Positions 1 through 10,192 of a stretch of DNA of 64,000 bases are shown piece by piece; position 1 is the stretch's first letter, and the number at the start of each line of letters is the position of its first letter. Source of the DNA: Nitrospirota bacterium (GTDB taxonomy: Bacteria; Nitrospirota; UBA9217); assembly GCA_963741205.1 (NCBI GenBank), contig CAVUHW010000043.1, forward strand, positions 35,500 to 99,499. Reading direction: 5' to 3'. Both the position numbers and the translations under genes were made by a program. Below the pieces are notes generated by a model that made no database searches, was not told the DNA's origin, and saw nothing but the letters and a program-made list of their open reading frames with translations.

Positions 1-81
1 CCGGAGCTGCTGGCGACCGCTGACTTGACGGATGAGGACGAACGGGTGTTGGAAGAGTTGAAACGGAGTGAGCACCAATAA
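1..81 (+). CDS. trmD: C-terminal end of tRNA (guanine-N1)-methyltransferase TrmD (partial)
   Basis: Frame 1 reads PELLATADLTDEDERVLEELKRSEHQ*, like the TrmD 'RP(D/E)LL' tail; lies directly upstream of rplS as in the conserved rimM-trmD-rplS operon. Confidence 0.7.
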   Translation, partial: PELLATADLTDEDERVLEELKRSEHQ

Positions 82-174
82 CCAAGCATCAAATAACAAA
101 TAATTTCCAATAACCGAAATTCAAATTTGGCATTTGGAATATATTTGTAATTTGGATTTTGAAATTTGGAATTT
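71..174. repeat. Intergenic palindromic element of ~7-bp periodic repeats (CCAA-type left arm, TTGG-type right arm)
   Basis: accaataaccaagcatcaaataacaaa... facing ...tttggcatttggaat...tttggattttgaaatttggaattt. Confidence 0.6.
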
Positions 175-195
175 ATCAGTACCGGGAGGTTTGCA

Positions 196-591
196 ATGAA
201 TATCGTACAGTCCTTGGAAAAGGCACAATTAAAAGAAGGGATACCGAGCTTCCGCGTCGGCGACACCATCCGCGTTCATGCGAAGGTTGTGGAAGGCGAC
301 AAGGAGAGAATCCAGGTATTCGAAGGCCTCGTGATCGGCCGCCAGGGCGCCGGCGCGCGCGAAATCATCAGGGTCCGCAAGCTGTCCTACGGCGTGGGCG
401 TCGAGAGGCTCTTTCCGCTCCACTCTCCCATGATCGACAAGATCGAGCTTGCCAAGGAAGGCAAGGTCCGCAGGGCAAAGCTCTATTTCCTGAGAGAGCT
501 GCGCGGCAAGGCCGCCAGGATCAAGGAAAAAGAGCGCGTCTTTGCGGCAGTCGCCGGGGCATCGGTGCCGGATCCGACAGAACAGAAATAG
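196..591 (+). CDS. rplS: 50S ribosomal protein L19
   Basis: [51 protein letters not shown] motifs; GGAGG RBS before ATG 196. Confidence 0.98.
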   Translation: MNIVQSLEKAQLKEGIPSFRVGDTIRVHAKVVEGDKERIQVFEGLVIGRQGAGAREIIRVRKLSYGVGVERLFPLHSPMIDKIELAKEGKVRRAKLYFLRELRGKAARIKEKERVFAAVAGASVPDPTEQK

Positions 592-601
592 CCGCTGCAA
601 C

Positions 602-690
602 AAGCACGAAGCATGAACATCGAAATCCTAAACGAATTACGGTGATACATCGGGTCCGTTTAGGATTTCGTATTTTGAAATTCGGATTTA
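602..690. repeat. Intergenic inverted-repeat element
   Basis: cgaaatcctaaac ... gtttaggatttcg perfect inverted arms with periodic CGAA/TTCG units. Confidence 0.6.
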
Positions 691-702
691 TCTTCGCAAG
701 AG

Positions 703-1402
703 GTGGATATGCCTCGTGGCCGTCCCCGCCGGGAGAAACCTCATCCGGGCCGAACCGACGATCTCTTCGGCGGCGAAATCGCGTGCGACCCGCTGTTCTT
801 TGAAAGGCGCGCGAGAGAGGCAGACTTCACCTGCATCGCGGGGCTGGATGAGGCCGGCAGGGGACCGCTGGCCGGGCCGGTAGTGGCCGCAGCCGTTGTG
901 CTTCCCGAGGGGCTGCTGATCCCGGGGCTTACTGACTCCAAACAGGTGTCCGAGGCCGGAACGGGAGCGGCTCTTCGAGGTGATCCGCGAGCAAGCGGTG
1001 TGTTATGGCGTCGGCATCGCAGACGAACGGACCATCGATGAGGTGAACGTTCTTCAGGCGACCATTATCGCCATGGAGCGGGCGCTCGAACCTCTTATGC
1101 CGAGGCCCGACTACCTCCTTCTTGATGCGCTCACACTCCCGCGTGTTCCGCTCCCTCAAAAGCCGCTCATCAAAGGCGACGTCCGCAGCCACAGTATTGC
1201 GGCGGCCTCTATCCTTGCCAAAGTGACCCGCGACCGATTGATGCTCGACCTGCATGAACGGTTTCCCCAGTACAATTTTAAAGGGCATAAAGGCTATGGG
1301 ACCCGCGAGCACCTGGAACTGATACGGAGGCACGGTCCCTGCGAAGCGCACCGCAAGACGTTTCATCCCATTGCACAGATGCTTGCGGCAGAGCGGCCAT
1401 GA
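703..1402 (+). CDS. rnhB: Ribonuclease HII (frameshift near 960, probable sequencing error)
   Basis: [50 protein letters not shown] motifs over two frames. Confidence 0.95.
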
Positions 1403-1773
1403 GCCTTTTGCGGAAAATTCTCGGGCAGGAAGGCGAGGATCGCGCCGCCCGGTATCTGGAGAAGCAGGGCTACAAGGTCCTCGAGCGTAATTACCGCACC
1501 CCGAGCGGCGAGATCGACCTCATCGCCCTGCACCAGGGGACGGTGGTGTTCGTGGAGGTCAAGACGAGGACGAATGACGCCTTCGGCGCGCCGGAACTCG
1601 CGGTCACGCCGCAGAAGCAGCGCCGCATGGTCAAGGCGGCGCTGGGATACCTCAAACACAGGAAGTTTCACCAGGTCCCGTGCCGGTTTGACGTCGTGGC
1701 CATCAGCGCCGCGACAGAGAAAGAAGTGGAACTCATCCAAAACGCCTTTGAAATGGACCGGACGCGCTGGTGA
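1399..1773 (+). CDS. yraN: YraN / UPF0102 family nuclease-like protein
   Basis: LGQEGEDRAARYL, GEIDLI, VFVEVKTR, CRFDVV; typical rnhB-yraN linkage. Confidence 0.93.
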   Translation: MSLLRKILGQEGEDRAARYLEKQGYKVLERNYRTPSGEIDLIALHQGTVVFVEVKTRTNDAFGAPELAVTPQKQRRMVKAALGYLKHRKFHQVPCRFDVVAISAATEKEVELIQNAFEMDRTRW

Positions 1774-1783
1774 TGGAGTTACC

Positions 1784-2242
1784 GTGATCGATTTGCTGAA
1801 GAAGATATCCTTGTTCGAGAACCTCACGGCAATGGAGCTCGGCAAGATCCAGAAAATCGCGAGGAAGGAGAAGCACGCCAAGGACTCCGTCCTGTTCCTC
1901 GAGGGCGACCCCGGCGACCGGTGCTACATGATAACCGCCGGGGAGGTGCGCATCAGCAAATTCATCCAGAACATCGGCGAGGAGGCCCTGGCCGTGCTCA
2001 AGGCGGGAGACTACTTCGGAGAAATGGCCCTGATCGACAACTTCCCGCGTTCGGCTCACGCCATTGCCAATACGGACATCGAAGTATTCGCGATCGGCAA
2101 AACGGACCTGGACAAGATCCTTATCATGGACCGGGACCTGGGATACAAGCTGTTCTGGTCGTTCACGAGGACCCTGTCGAAACGCTTACGGGAAACGAAT
2201 GAAAAAATGGCGGGCTTTCTGGCCCTGTCCGGGGGGTTCTGA
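1784..2242 (+). CDS. Stand-alone cyclic-nucleotide-binding domain protein
   Basis: LFLEGDPGDRCYMITAGEVRI, GDYFGEMALIDNFPRSAHAIA cNMP signature; no HTH; GTG start after GGAG. Confidence 0.85.
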   Translation: MIDLLKKISLFENLTAMELGKIQKIARKEKHAKDSVLFLEGDPGDRCYMITAGEVRISKFIQNIGEEALAVLKAGDYFGEMALIDNFPRSAHAIANTDIEVFAIGKTDLDKILIMDRDLGYKLFWSFTRTLSKRLRETNEKMAGFLALSGGF

Positions 2243-2318
2243 CGTATACGCTGTTGCCAGCGTCCGCGCCAAGTGGTATAGTAACTGAGCCTCGTTCATC
2301 AGTTTCCGTTAGAATCTC

Positions 2319-3689
2319 GTGCCAAAGCAATCATACAAAATAGGAATGGTCAGCCTTGGCTGCCCCAAGAACCAGGTTGATGCCGAGCAGATGCTGGGCG
2401 TGCTCGCGGCCTCGGGCTTCGAGATCACGCCGGAGCAAAGCGAAGCCGATGTGATCATCGTGAACACCTGCGGGTTCATCGAGTCCGCCAAGGAAGAATC
2501 CATCGAGGCGGTCCTCGACGCCGCGCGAGATGAAGACAAACGGCAAGTGCGCGAAGGTCATCATCGCGGGCTGCCTTGCCCAGCGGTACCGGGAAGAGCT
2601 TTTACGGGAACTGCCCGAGGCGGACGCCGTCATCGGCACGGCCGCGATCGGCGGGATCGCCGAGATATGCCGGGATGCGTTGGCCGGTCATGAACAGATG
2701 CTCAAGGTATCGTCGCCCGCCATGGTCTACGGCCTTCCGCGCCTCTCGACGACGCCCCGCCACTACCGCTACCTCAAGATCGCGGAAGGGTGCAGCAACC
2801 GGTGTTCCTACTGCGCCATACCGATGATCCGGGGAGATTTCAAAAGCAGGCCCTCGGCGTCCATCATCGAGGAAGCTCGCCGGCTTGCCGGCGAAGGCGC
2901 CAGGGAACTGATACTTCTCGCGCAGGACTCTACCGCGTACCGTGACGGCAAGGCTGATCTCGCCACGCTGCTGAAACGCCTGACGCGGGTCCATGGCATA
3001 GAATGGGTCAGGCCTGATGTACGCTTACCCCGGACGGATCAGCGAGGAACTCATGTCCGTCATCGCCGAGGAGGAGAAGATCTGCAAGTACCTGGACATC
3101 CCGATCCAGCACTTTGACGACAAGGTGCTTTCCGCCATGAACCGGCGCGGGTCGTCCGGGGACATCCGGAAAACGATCGAGCGGCTCCGGAAGCGCGTAC
3201 CGGGCATTGCGCTCCGCACCTCTCTCATCGTCGGGATTTCCCGGAGAGACCGAGGCGGCGTTCAAGCGGCTCCTGTCCTTCGTGAAGGAAGCGGAGTTCG
3301 AGCACCTGGGCGTTTTCACCTATTCTCCCGAGGAGGGGACGGCCGCCAGCGGGTTCGAACCCCGGGTCCCGGGTGAAGTTGCGGCGGACCGGCTTCACGC
3401 GGTCATGAAGGCCCAGTCGAAGATCTCGCTTAAGAAGAATCGCACCTTGATCGGCTCGACGCGGCGGGTGCTCATTGACGGCATGGAAGACATGGCGCTT
3501 ATGGGCAGGCTGCCGACACAGGCGCCGGAAATAGACGGCATGGTGTACCTCTCCGAGACCGAGGCGGAGGCCGGAGAATTTGTCGACGTCATCATCACCG
3601 ACGCGACGGAATATGATTTGATGGGTACGGCGGAAAACAGTCAAAAGAATTTGCCACAGAGAACACAGAGATCACAGAGAAAGGGTTAA
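2319..3689 (+). CDS. rimO: Ribosomal protein S12 methylthiotransferase RimO (several indels)
   Basis: [23 protein letters not shown], radical [22 protein letters not shown] domain across four ORF pieces. Confidence 0.93.
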
Positions 3690-3778
3690 ACCAAAGACAA
3701 CCGGACGAGGATTTGTTTTTTGGCCTGACTTCTGTCACTATTTTCTTCCTCTGTGTACTCTGTGACCTCTGTGGCAAA
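3650..3778. repeat. Inverted-repeat element with 9-bp CACAGAG periodicity
   Basis: tttgccacagagaacacagagatcacagag (3650-3679) vs ctctgtgtactctgtgacctctgtggcaaa (3749-3778), 26/30 complementary. Confidence 0.8.
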
Positions 3779-3808
3779 GATTTTATACTAAATACTGGAA
3801 GGGACCTT

Positions 3809-5018
3809 ATGGATACCGACAATCAATCATCAAACACGGCGGACAGCGAAGAGAGCTTCGCTGACATGTTCGAGAAGAGCTTCAAGAAACACGGTCCGGC
3901 TCGAGCCCGGCCAGATGGTCGAGGCGCAGATCGTGAAAATCTCGGCGGAGTGGATCTTCCTGGATCTCGGCGGCAAGGGAGAGGGGTATCTCGACAAGAA
4001 GGAGATGACGGACGAGGCCGGAAAGCTCACGGTCAAGGAAGGGGACAGGGTCCGCGCCTACTTCGTGACGTCGGAAAACAATGAGATGCATTTTACGGCG
4101 AAGATTGGGACGGGGCCCGGAAAGCAAAGCCAGCTCGAAGACGCATGGCGAAACGGCATCCCCGTGGACGGCACGGTGGTGAAGGAAATGAAGGGAGGAT
4201 TCGAGATCAAGATCGCGGGCAGCGTGCGCGCCTTCTGTCCCTTTTCCCAGATGGGCCTTCGCAGGGGAGAACCGCAGGCTGAATACATAGGCCGGTCCCT
4301 GCCCTTCAAGATCATCGAATTCACAGAGGGCGGGCGCAACATCGTCGTGTCGCGGAAGCCTATCCTGGAGAAGGAGCGGCAGGACAAAGTGGCTGCGTTA
4401 AAAGAGAAGCTGACGGAAGGAATGAAGTTGAACGGCACCGTGACCTCCATTCAGAATTTCGGCGCTTTTGTGGATATCGGCGGGATCGAGGGGCTCCTGC
4501 CGGTCTCCGAGATCGCCTGGACCAGGACCGAGAAGGTGAGCGACATTCTCTCCGTGGGCCAACGCGTCGAGGTGATCGTCAAAAAGCTCGATTGGGAACA
4601 GAACCGTTTCTCCTTCAGCCTGAAGGATGCGACGCCCGATCCCTGGGAGCGTGTTGCGGATGCGTTTCAGATCGGTTCCTATCACTCGGGGACCGTCTCC
4701 CGTCTTGCGCCCTTCGGCGCCTTCGTGACGCTGAAAGAGGGAGTGGACGGACTCATCCACATCTCGAAGCTGGGGGCCGGCAAAAGGATCAACCATCCGC
4801 GCGAGGTGGTCAAGGAAGGGCAGGCCGTCGAGGTGAAGGTTGAGGCCGTGGACGCCGGACAGAGAAAGCTTTCGCTCTCGCTTGCCGAGATCAGCCGCGC
4901 GGAAGAGGAATCCGCTGCCGATCTCAAGAACTATCAGCAAACGTCCCAAGCCGCCCAGAACATGGGGACAATCGGGGAACTCCTGAAGAGCCGGACGGAG
5001 CCCAAAGAAGAAAAGTAG
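3809..5018 (+). CDS. Short ribosomal protein S1-like protein (about four S1 domains; indel near 3890)
   Basis: Repeated S1 motifs RAFCPFSQM, FGAFVDIGGIEGLLPVSEI, FGAFVTLKEGVDGLIHISKL. Confidence 0.88.
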
Positions 5019-5042
5019 GAACGGCAGTCAGTCCACACATCC

Positions 5043-5069
5043 CGCGCGCCCGGTACCTTCGGGCGCGCG
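5043..5069 (+). terminator. GC-rich hairpin after the S1 gene
   Basis: cgcgcgcccg-gtacctt-cgggcgcgcg 10-bp stem; no U-tract. Confidence 0.35.
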
Positions 5070-5155
5070 ACCGCATCATGCCCTCCATCCTGCAACAAGC
5101 ATCACATGCATAATCTCAGAATAGCATCTACTTAATTTCGAATAACAAATAGTTT

Positions 5156-5236
5156 GTCATCCCCGAATGCCTCTATCGGGGATCCATTTTGACGTTCTGA
5201 AAATGGATTCCCGCTCAGATTCGTTGCGGGAATGAC
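5156..5236. repeat. REP-like doublet (GTCAT(C/T)CCCG...CGGG(G/A)ATCC family)
   Basis: gtcatccccgaatgcctctatcggggatcc ... ggattcccgctcagattcgttgcgggaatgac; related copies at 28443 and 54343. Confidence 0.7.
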
Positions 5237-5448
5237 ATTTCAGCTTGTGCTATTATTCGAGATCTTTATTTCGGGAAAACCTTCTACCTTAGTCATCCCT
5301 CTGCTTTTCACTCGTCGGCACCTACCCGTTCGGGTAGGTCACAACGAGCTATCGATATGCTATCATGGCACCTTCAGCGAACTATCCAGGCATCCACCGT
5401 TCAAAAGAAGATCACCTCGAGTATTTACCGGATCACGACGAATAGAGC

Positions 5449-5742
5449 ATGATGGAAACGCCGAACAGACAGAAAGAGAGCGAGCGCCGACGGGCCACGA
5501 TCCTGTTTGCGGACATTTCCGGTTTCACGGCCATGTCCGAGCGGATGGACCCGGAAGAGGTGACTGCTGTCATGAATGAGTGTTTTCGCCTGATGGGGTC
5601 CATCGTCGAACGGTACGAGGGAACCATCGACAAATACATCGGGGACTGCGTCATGGCCCTCTTCGGCGTCCCCGTCGCCGTTGAAGACGCGCCTAGGAAA
5701 GCGGTGAACACGGCAATAGAGATCCGTAGAAAAGTCGTTTAA
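5449..5742 (+). pseudogene. N-terminal fragment of a class III adenylate/guanylate cyclase, truncated at the IS
   Basis: ERRRATILFADISGFTAMSE, IDKYIGDCVMALFG; stops before the second half of the catalytic domain. Confidence 0.8.
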
Positions 5743-7341
5743 GCAATAAAAAAACCTTGCTGGCCGCTCAAAGAGCGGGTATAAAAGGATTGCTGAGAAG
5801 CAAACCCAATTAACCAACAAGGTGAAAGCATGATACGACAAACCGTCTTCGGATTCAAGCTCGAAAAAACGAGCGAGGAGTTGACCGCCCATGCGGGCAT
5901 AGCCCTACTCGCGGAATACAACCGCGGCATGGGACTCCGAGAACTCGCAGATCACCATATGCCGGAACCGGGCAGCAATCGCGGCTATCAGCGCTCGGCA
6001 TTTGTAGACAGTCTGGTCCTGATGCTCCAGGCAGGAGGCCGTCGTCTAGAAGATATGCGGGAGTTACGTCAGGAAACGCCTTTGATTAGGCTGGTTGATC
6101 GGGAAAAGATTACCGACCCCGATACTATTGGGGACTGGCTGCGCCGCATGGGAGACCGAAAGAACAACCAGATAGGGTTGATTGGCCTCGAACAGATCGG
6201 GACATTGTTAATCATCGGATACTGCGACGAGACCCCCTATTGGATTACACGCTCGATATGGACGCCATGCAGGTAGAGGCGGAAAAAGCGGACGCTCGAT
6301 TTACTTACAAGGGCGACAAAGGGTATATGCCGATGCTGGGGTTTCTGTTCGAGCCTGCCATTTGCCTGCTGGATGAATTTCGGGAAGGCAAAGAACGACG
6401 AGACGACGGTTATGTGGCGTTTTACTGTTGATGCAAAAAGTGCAGTCCAAAGGCAAGCGGATAGCCCGGACGCGCGCCGACAGCGCGTCCTATCAGGCGG
6501 AGTTCATCAACGAGTTAGAAGAAGACAAGGTGCTGTGGACGATTACGGCGGATAAGGACGCGGCGGTGCAGGGGCTTATCAAAACGATGCCGGAGGAGGC
6601 ATGGAGAGAGCCGAAAAAGGGCTGTGGTTATGAGCTTGCCGAAGCCGTACACACGATGAACAAGACGAAAGCCTCATTCCGGCTGGTGATAAAGCGTGAA
6701 CTTCGGAAGCAGCAGGACCTGTTTGATGCAACCGGTGGAAAGTATCATCACTATGCCGTCGCGTCGAACTGGCCGGAGGAAGAAAAGGATGCACAGGCGG
6801 TGCTAAGCTGGCACAATCAGCGCGGGCAGGCGGAGAACTTCAATAAAGAGCTGAAATACGGTTTCGGCCAGGATCAGATGCCGTGCGGTGAAAGCTACGC
6901 CAATGCGGTGTACTTCCGCATTGGGGCGATCGCCTACAATTTTTTCCTTGGGTTCAAACGGCTTTCCTGCATTGAAACGTGGGCGCGCCATACTATGTCC
7001 ACGTTTCGTTGGAAGCTGGTTCAGATTGCCGGGCGGATTGTACATCATGCGGGACGAGTCATCCTCAAGTTGGCGGTAGGTGATGATAAATTTGGGTTGT
7101 TTCAGCGCATCAGGCAGGGCTGTTATGAGGTAAGTCTGGCGCCCTAGCGGGCTAAAGAGCCAAGGGCAAGAAATATCGCGGGATCAGTGCGCCCTCGTTG
7201 GGGAATTTGAGTGAAAAAGTCACTGCGAAGTGAATCAGGGCTGCTCTTTGAGGTTGATGTGAAGTAGAACCGGCGAGCGGATTTCAAAAAAACCGGTCGC
7301 AGAAGCCTCAAGAGGGCCTGCGCAATTTCTATCATCTAAGG
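5740..7341 (+). mobile_element. IS1380-family insertion sequence; transposase ~5830-7147 in three frames; ends approximate
   Basis: LTAHAGIALL, TLDMDA, YKGDKGYMP, RADSASY, HNQRGQAENFNKELK, ANAVYF, TFRWKLVQIAGRIVHHAGRVILKL match IS1380 DDE transposases; left inverted repeat not identified. Confidence 0.8.
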
Positions 7342-7520
7342 ATAAACGTAAAGTTCAGATCCATGATTGATATATAATTAGCTATTGAAAAAGTAATGAG
7401 CTTATACCTAATACTTATCCACTCGGAAAGACAACGCAGGCAGAATAGCAACGAAATTGGGTGAGGTAATCAAATCGATGATATTATATTATTTTATCGA
7501 ACGCGCGAGAGAACGCTTAA

Positions 7521-8057
7521 GTGCTTATTATTGCACTGATTTCCCTTCTTTGTTCTCCGATTTATGCCCAACAGGAGGTGACCGAACTCTACACAGACAC
7601 TGGTGTGCCTACGCGGGCAGGCGTCAGCGAGTCAGAAGGTTTCCACGGCACGCTCGGGGCTGACTCGTCTGTCTCGAAGAAAATTATTGGCGACGGCGGG
7701 ACAATCATTACCGTCGGCGCCATGATTTTTTGCGCTATGAGGATCTGGCATACTGGAGTCACAGGGGCGGGGGGGTCTGGCTGCTCTAGACTGATCATCA
7801 TTCGCTCTGCTTCGGCGGCGGTATCAGGACGCATCCAGGCTGGGGCTGGAGAAGATCCGCTTCTCGCCGGAATGGAAACACGCAAGAGCTCACTCGACGG
7901 CTACCTCGATGCAGTCTGCAGCACGTCCATTGTCACGACAGGCATTGGCTACTATCACGATGCTCTTAGTTCAAGTCGCGGGAACACGGCCTCGCTCAGA
8001 TTTTCGAAGAATATCATGCTGAACAGAGATGAGATAGTGTATTCCTTGATATATTGA
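7521..8057 (+). pseudogene. MipA/OmpV-like outer-membrane protein fragment (degraded or poor consensus)
   Basis: Signal peptide plus LAGMETRKSSLDG..YHDALSSSRG resembling MipA; garbled and truncated. Confidence 0.45.
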
Positions 8058-8197
8058 TCTATCATACCACCAGTATATGCATCCTATGTATATAAAATGG
8101 CCTCCACTGGAAAACGCACAATGATTCAGCGGGTGATCCGACTCGCAATGGGCGGCTCCACCCGCGTTAGCTCCCCAAGATCAGGAGGAATACGAGT

Positions 8198-8665
8198 ATG
8201 GAAAAAATTTTGTTTATTGCAATACTCGCCTCTGTGTTTCCCATGATGGTCATTGGGAGACAGCTCCTAGCCATCTCGATAATATTCGAACAAAGAAACA
8301 ACAGAGAAATAAAATCGATTGTTCTTTTTAGTACTCTCGCCAGCCTCGGAGTGATCAACCTATTTATTGCTTTTCCGAAAATAGTTCTAGGAGTTGCAGT
8401 AATTCTGATAATTATCTCAGTAATCAAATTTAACAAGAGGACAACTTGGATAAGATAAACGCTCTAGCTCTTCTTGTCTGGGCTCACGTGGCTCTTGTAT
8501 TTTGCCTTGGAATTTGTCATGCGTGAATGGTCGCATGCTGCAATGCAACAATACTGTTATTTCTCCATTCGCAATATTATTTTTAAGCAGCAATTGCTTT
8601 ATGTTTGCTTCCGTCATCTAACTGCCAGTGAAAAACAAGAGCTAACAAATCGTTCGAGCCGATAA
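8198..8665 (+). pseudogene. Indel-ridden copy of the membrane-protein cassette at 9677-10162
   Basis: Near-identical nucleotide sequence with many small deletions. Confidence 0.7.
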
Positions 8666-8687
8666 ATCGGTCAACTCATCGTTGATA
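8640..8687 (+). other. attC site (copy of 10137-10185)
   Basis: AGCTAAC-aaatc-GTTCGAGC-cgataaatcg-GTCAAC-tcatc-GTTGATA. Confidence 0.65.
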
Positions 8688-9058
8688 GCGCCATGGAAGA
8701 GAACATTACATGACATCGATCATTGCAGCCTGTCGGCTTGGCTTTATTGATGTGCAGAAGCGTTCTGCCAAAGCAGTCATCGGGGAACGAAATAGATGTG
8801 GTTTTCATTTCTGTCAACGAGAAGAGAGCATCAGCATATTCATATCAGTCCTCGCTGTATCGTTTCTGACAATGCATGATAAAACGCGAACTGCAAAAAT
8901 GAGAATTCCAACCAGCCGGTCCTCCGCATTTAATGACTTGTCTTCTTATTGGCTGTATAGGCCTTATATTTGGCGCGTTGACAAGTTTGGTTGGTAGAAA
9001 GCAATGATTTACCAAGTAACTTCCCTTCCTTTCCACGTTTTCCCTTGGATAATTCAAT

Positions 9059-9095
9059 TTGACAAAGCTTTATTTAATATTTACAATGTAAATAT
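9059..9095 (+). promoter_or_regulatory. Sigma70 promoter with overlapping palindromic operator for brnTA
   Basis: TTGACA(9059)-17 bp-TACAAT(9082); perfect IR ATATTTACA-A-TGTAAATAT 9077-9095. Confidence 0.8.
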
Positions 9096-9378
9096 GAACT
9101 TGACCTTCGATTGGGACAACGAAAAGAGCGCATCAAACCGAAAGAAGCATGGCATCTCTTTCGAGGAGGCGCAGACTGTCTTTCTTGATGAGAATGCAGT
9201 GATGATACACGATCCGGACCATTCCGCAGAAGAGGATCGCTTTATCATCTTAGGATTAAGCGTTAAGTTCAGAGCCTTGGTTGTTTGTCACTGCTATCGA
9301 AAAAGCAATGAGGTTATAAGAATCATATCCGCTCGGAAAGCAACCCGTATAGAACAGAAACGATATTGGGAAAGGTGA
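9094..9378 (+). CDS. brnT: BrnT family ribonuclease toxin
   Basis: FDWDNEKSASNRKKHGISFEEAQTVF, EEDRFIILG, IRIISARKAT. Confidence 0.92.
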   Translation: MNLTFDWDNEKSASNRKKHGISFEEAQTVFLDENAVMIHDPDHSAEEDRFIILGLSVKFRALVVCHCYRKSNEVIRIISARKATRIEQKRYWER

Positions 9379-9383
9379 TCAAA

Positions 9384-9599
9384 ATGAGAAAAGAATACGA
9401 TTTTTCAAAAGCACAAAAGAACCCTTATGCGCGCCGACTGAAGCGACAAGTTACACTCCGGATGGATGAAGGCACAATAAGCTATTTCAAAGCTCTAGCA
9501 CAAGAGATCGGTGTTCCCTATCAAACATTGATAAATCTTTACCTCCGAGATTGTGCAGCCTCGCATAAGAAACTGGCACTCCACTGGAAAACCGTATAA
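9384..9599 (+). CDS. brnA: BrnA / CopG-like antitoxin
   Basis: MRKEYDFSKAQKNPYA, VTLRMD..YFK..GVPYQTLINLYLRDC; follows brnT. Confidence 0.88.
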   Translation: MRKEYDFSKAQKNPYARRLKRQVTLRMDEGTISYFKALAQEIGVPYQTLINLYLRDCAASHKKLALHWKTV

Positions 9600-9601
9600 A
9601 G

Positions 9602-9651
9602 ATTTAACGGATCATTCGAGTCGCCAAGGGCGGCTCAATTCGTCGTTAGCT
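9602..9651 (+). other. attC site closing the brnTA cassette
   Basis: ATTTAAC-ggatc-ATTCGAGT-cgccaagggcg-GCTCAAT-tcgtc-GTTAGCT: R''/L''/L'/R' layout with 5-nt spacers. Confidence 0.75.
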
Positions 9652-9676
9652 CCCCAAGATCAGGAGGAATACGAGT

Positions 9677-10162
9677 ATGGAAAAAATTTTGTTTATTGCA
9701 ATACTCGCCTCTGTGTTTCCCATGATGGTCATTGGGAGACAGCTCCTAGCTTATCTCGATAATATTCGAACAAAGAAAACGACAAGAGAAATAAAATCGA
9801 TTGTTCTTTTTAGTACTCTCGCCAGCCTCGGAGTGATCAACCTATTTATTGCTTTTCCGAAAATAGTTCTAGGAGTTGCAGTAATTCTGATAATTATCTC
9901 AGTAATCAAATTTAACAAGAGGACAACTTGGGATAGGAAAAACGCTCTAGCCCTATTCTTGTCTGGGCTCACGTGGCTCTTGTATTTTGCCTTGGAATTT
10001 GTCATGCGTGAATGGTCGCGTGCTGCTAATGCAACAATACGTGTTGATCTTCTCTTCATTGCGCCAATATTGTTCTTTGAAGCAGCAATTGCCTTATGTT
10101 TGGCTTCCGTGGATCTAACTGCCAGTGAAAAACAAGAGCTAACAAATCGTTCGAGCCGATAA
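9677..10162 (+). CDS. Hypothetical multi-pass membrane protein (integron gene cassette)
   Basis: Hydrophobic 161 aa ORF, AGGAGG RBS, IRVDLL motif; bounded by GTTAGCTC and complementary GAGCTAAC. Confidence 0.75.
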   Translation: MEKILFIAILASVFPMMVIGRQLLAYLDNIRTKKTTREIKSIVLFSTLASLGVINLFIAFPKIVLGVAVILIIISVIKFNKRTTWDRKNALALFLSGLTWLLYFALEFVMREWSRAANATIRVDLLFIAPILFFEAAIALCLASVDLTASEKQELTNRSSR

Positions 10163-10185
10163 ATCGGCTCAACTCATCGTTGCTC
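10137..10185 (+). other. attC site
   Basis: AGCTAAC-aaatc-GTTCGAGC-cgataaatcg-GCTCAAC-tcatc-GTTGCTC; L'' has one extra base relative to L'. Confidence 0.8.
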
Positions 10186-10192
10186 CAATTCA

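Noticed and set aside
6400-6440. TGA and frame change in the IS1380 transposase as programmed frameshift
   Set aside because: The local sequence is garbled, and IS1380 transposases are single ORFs
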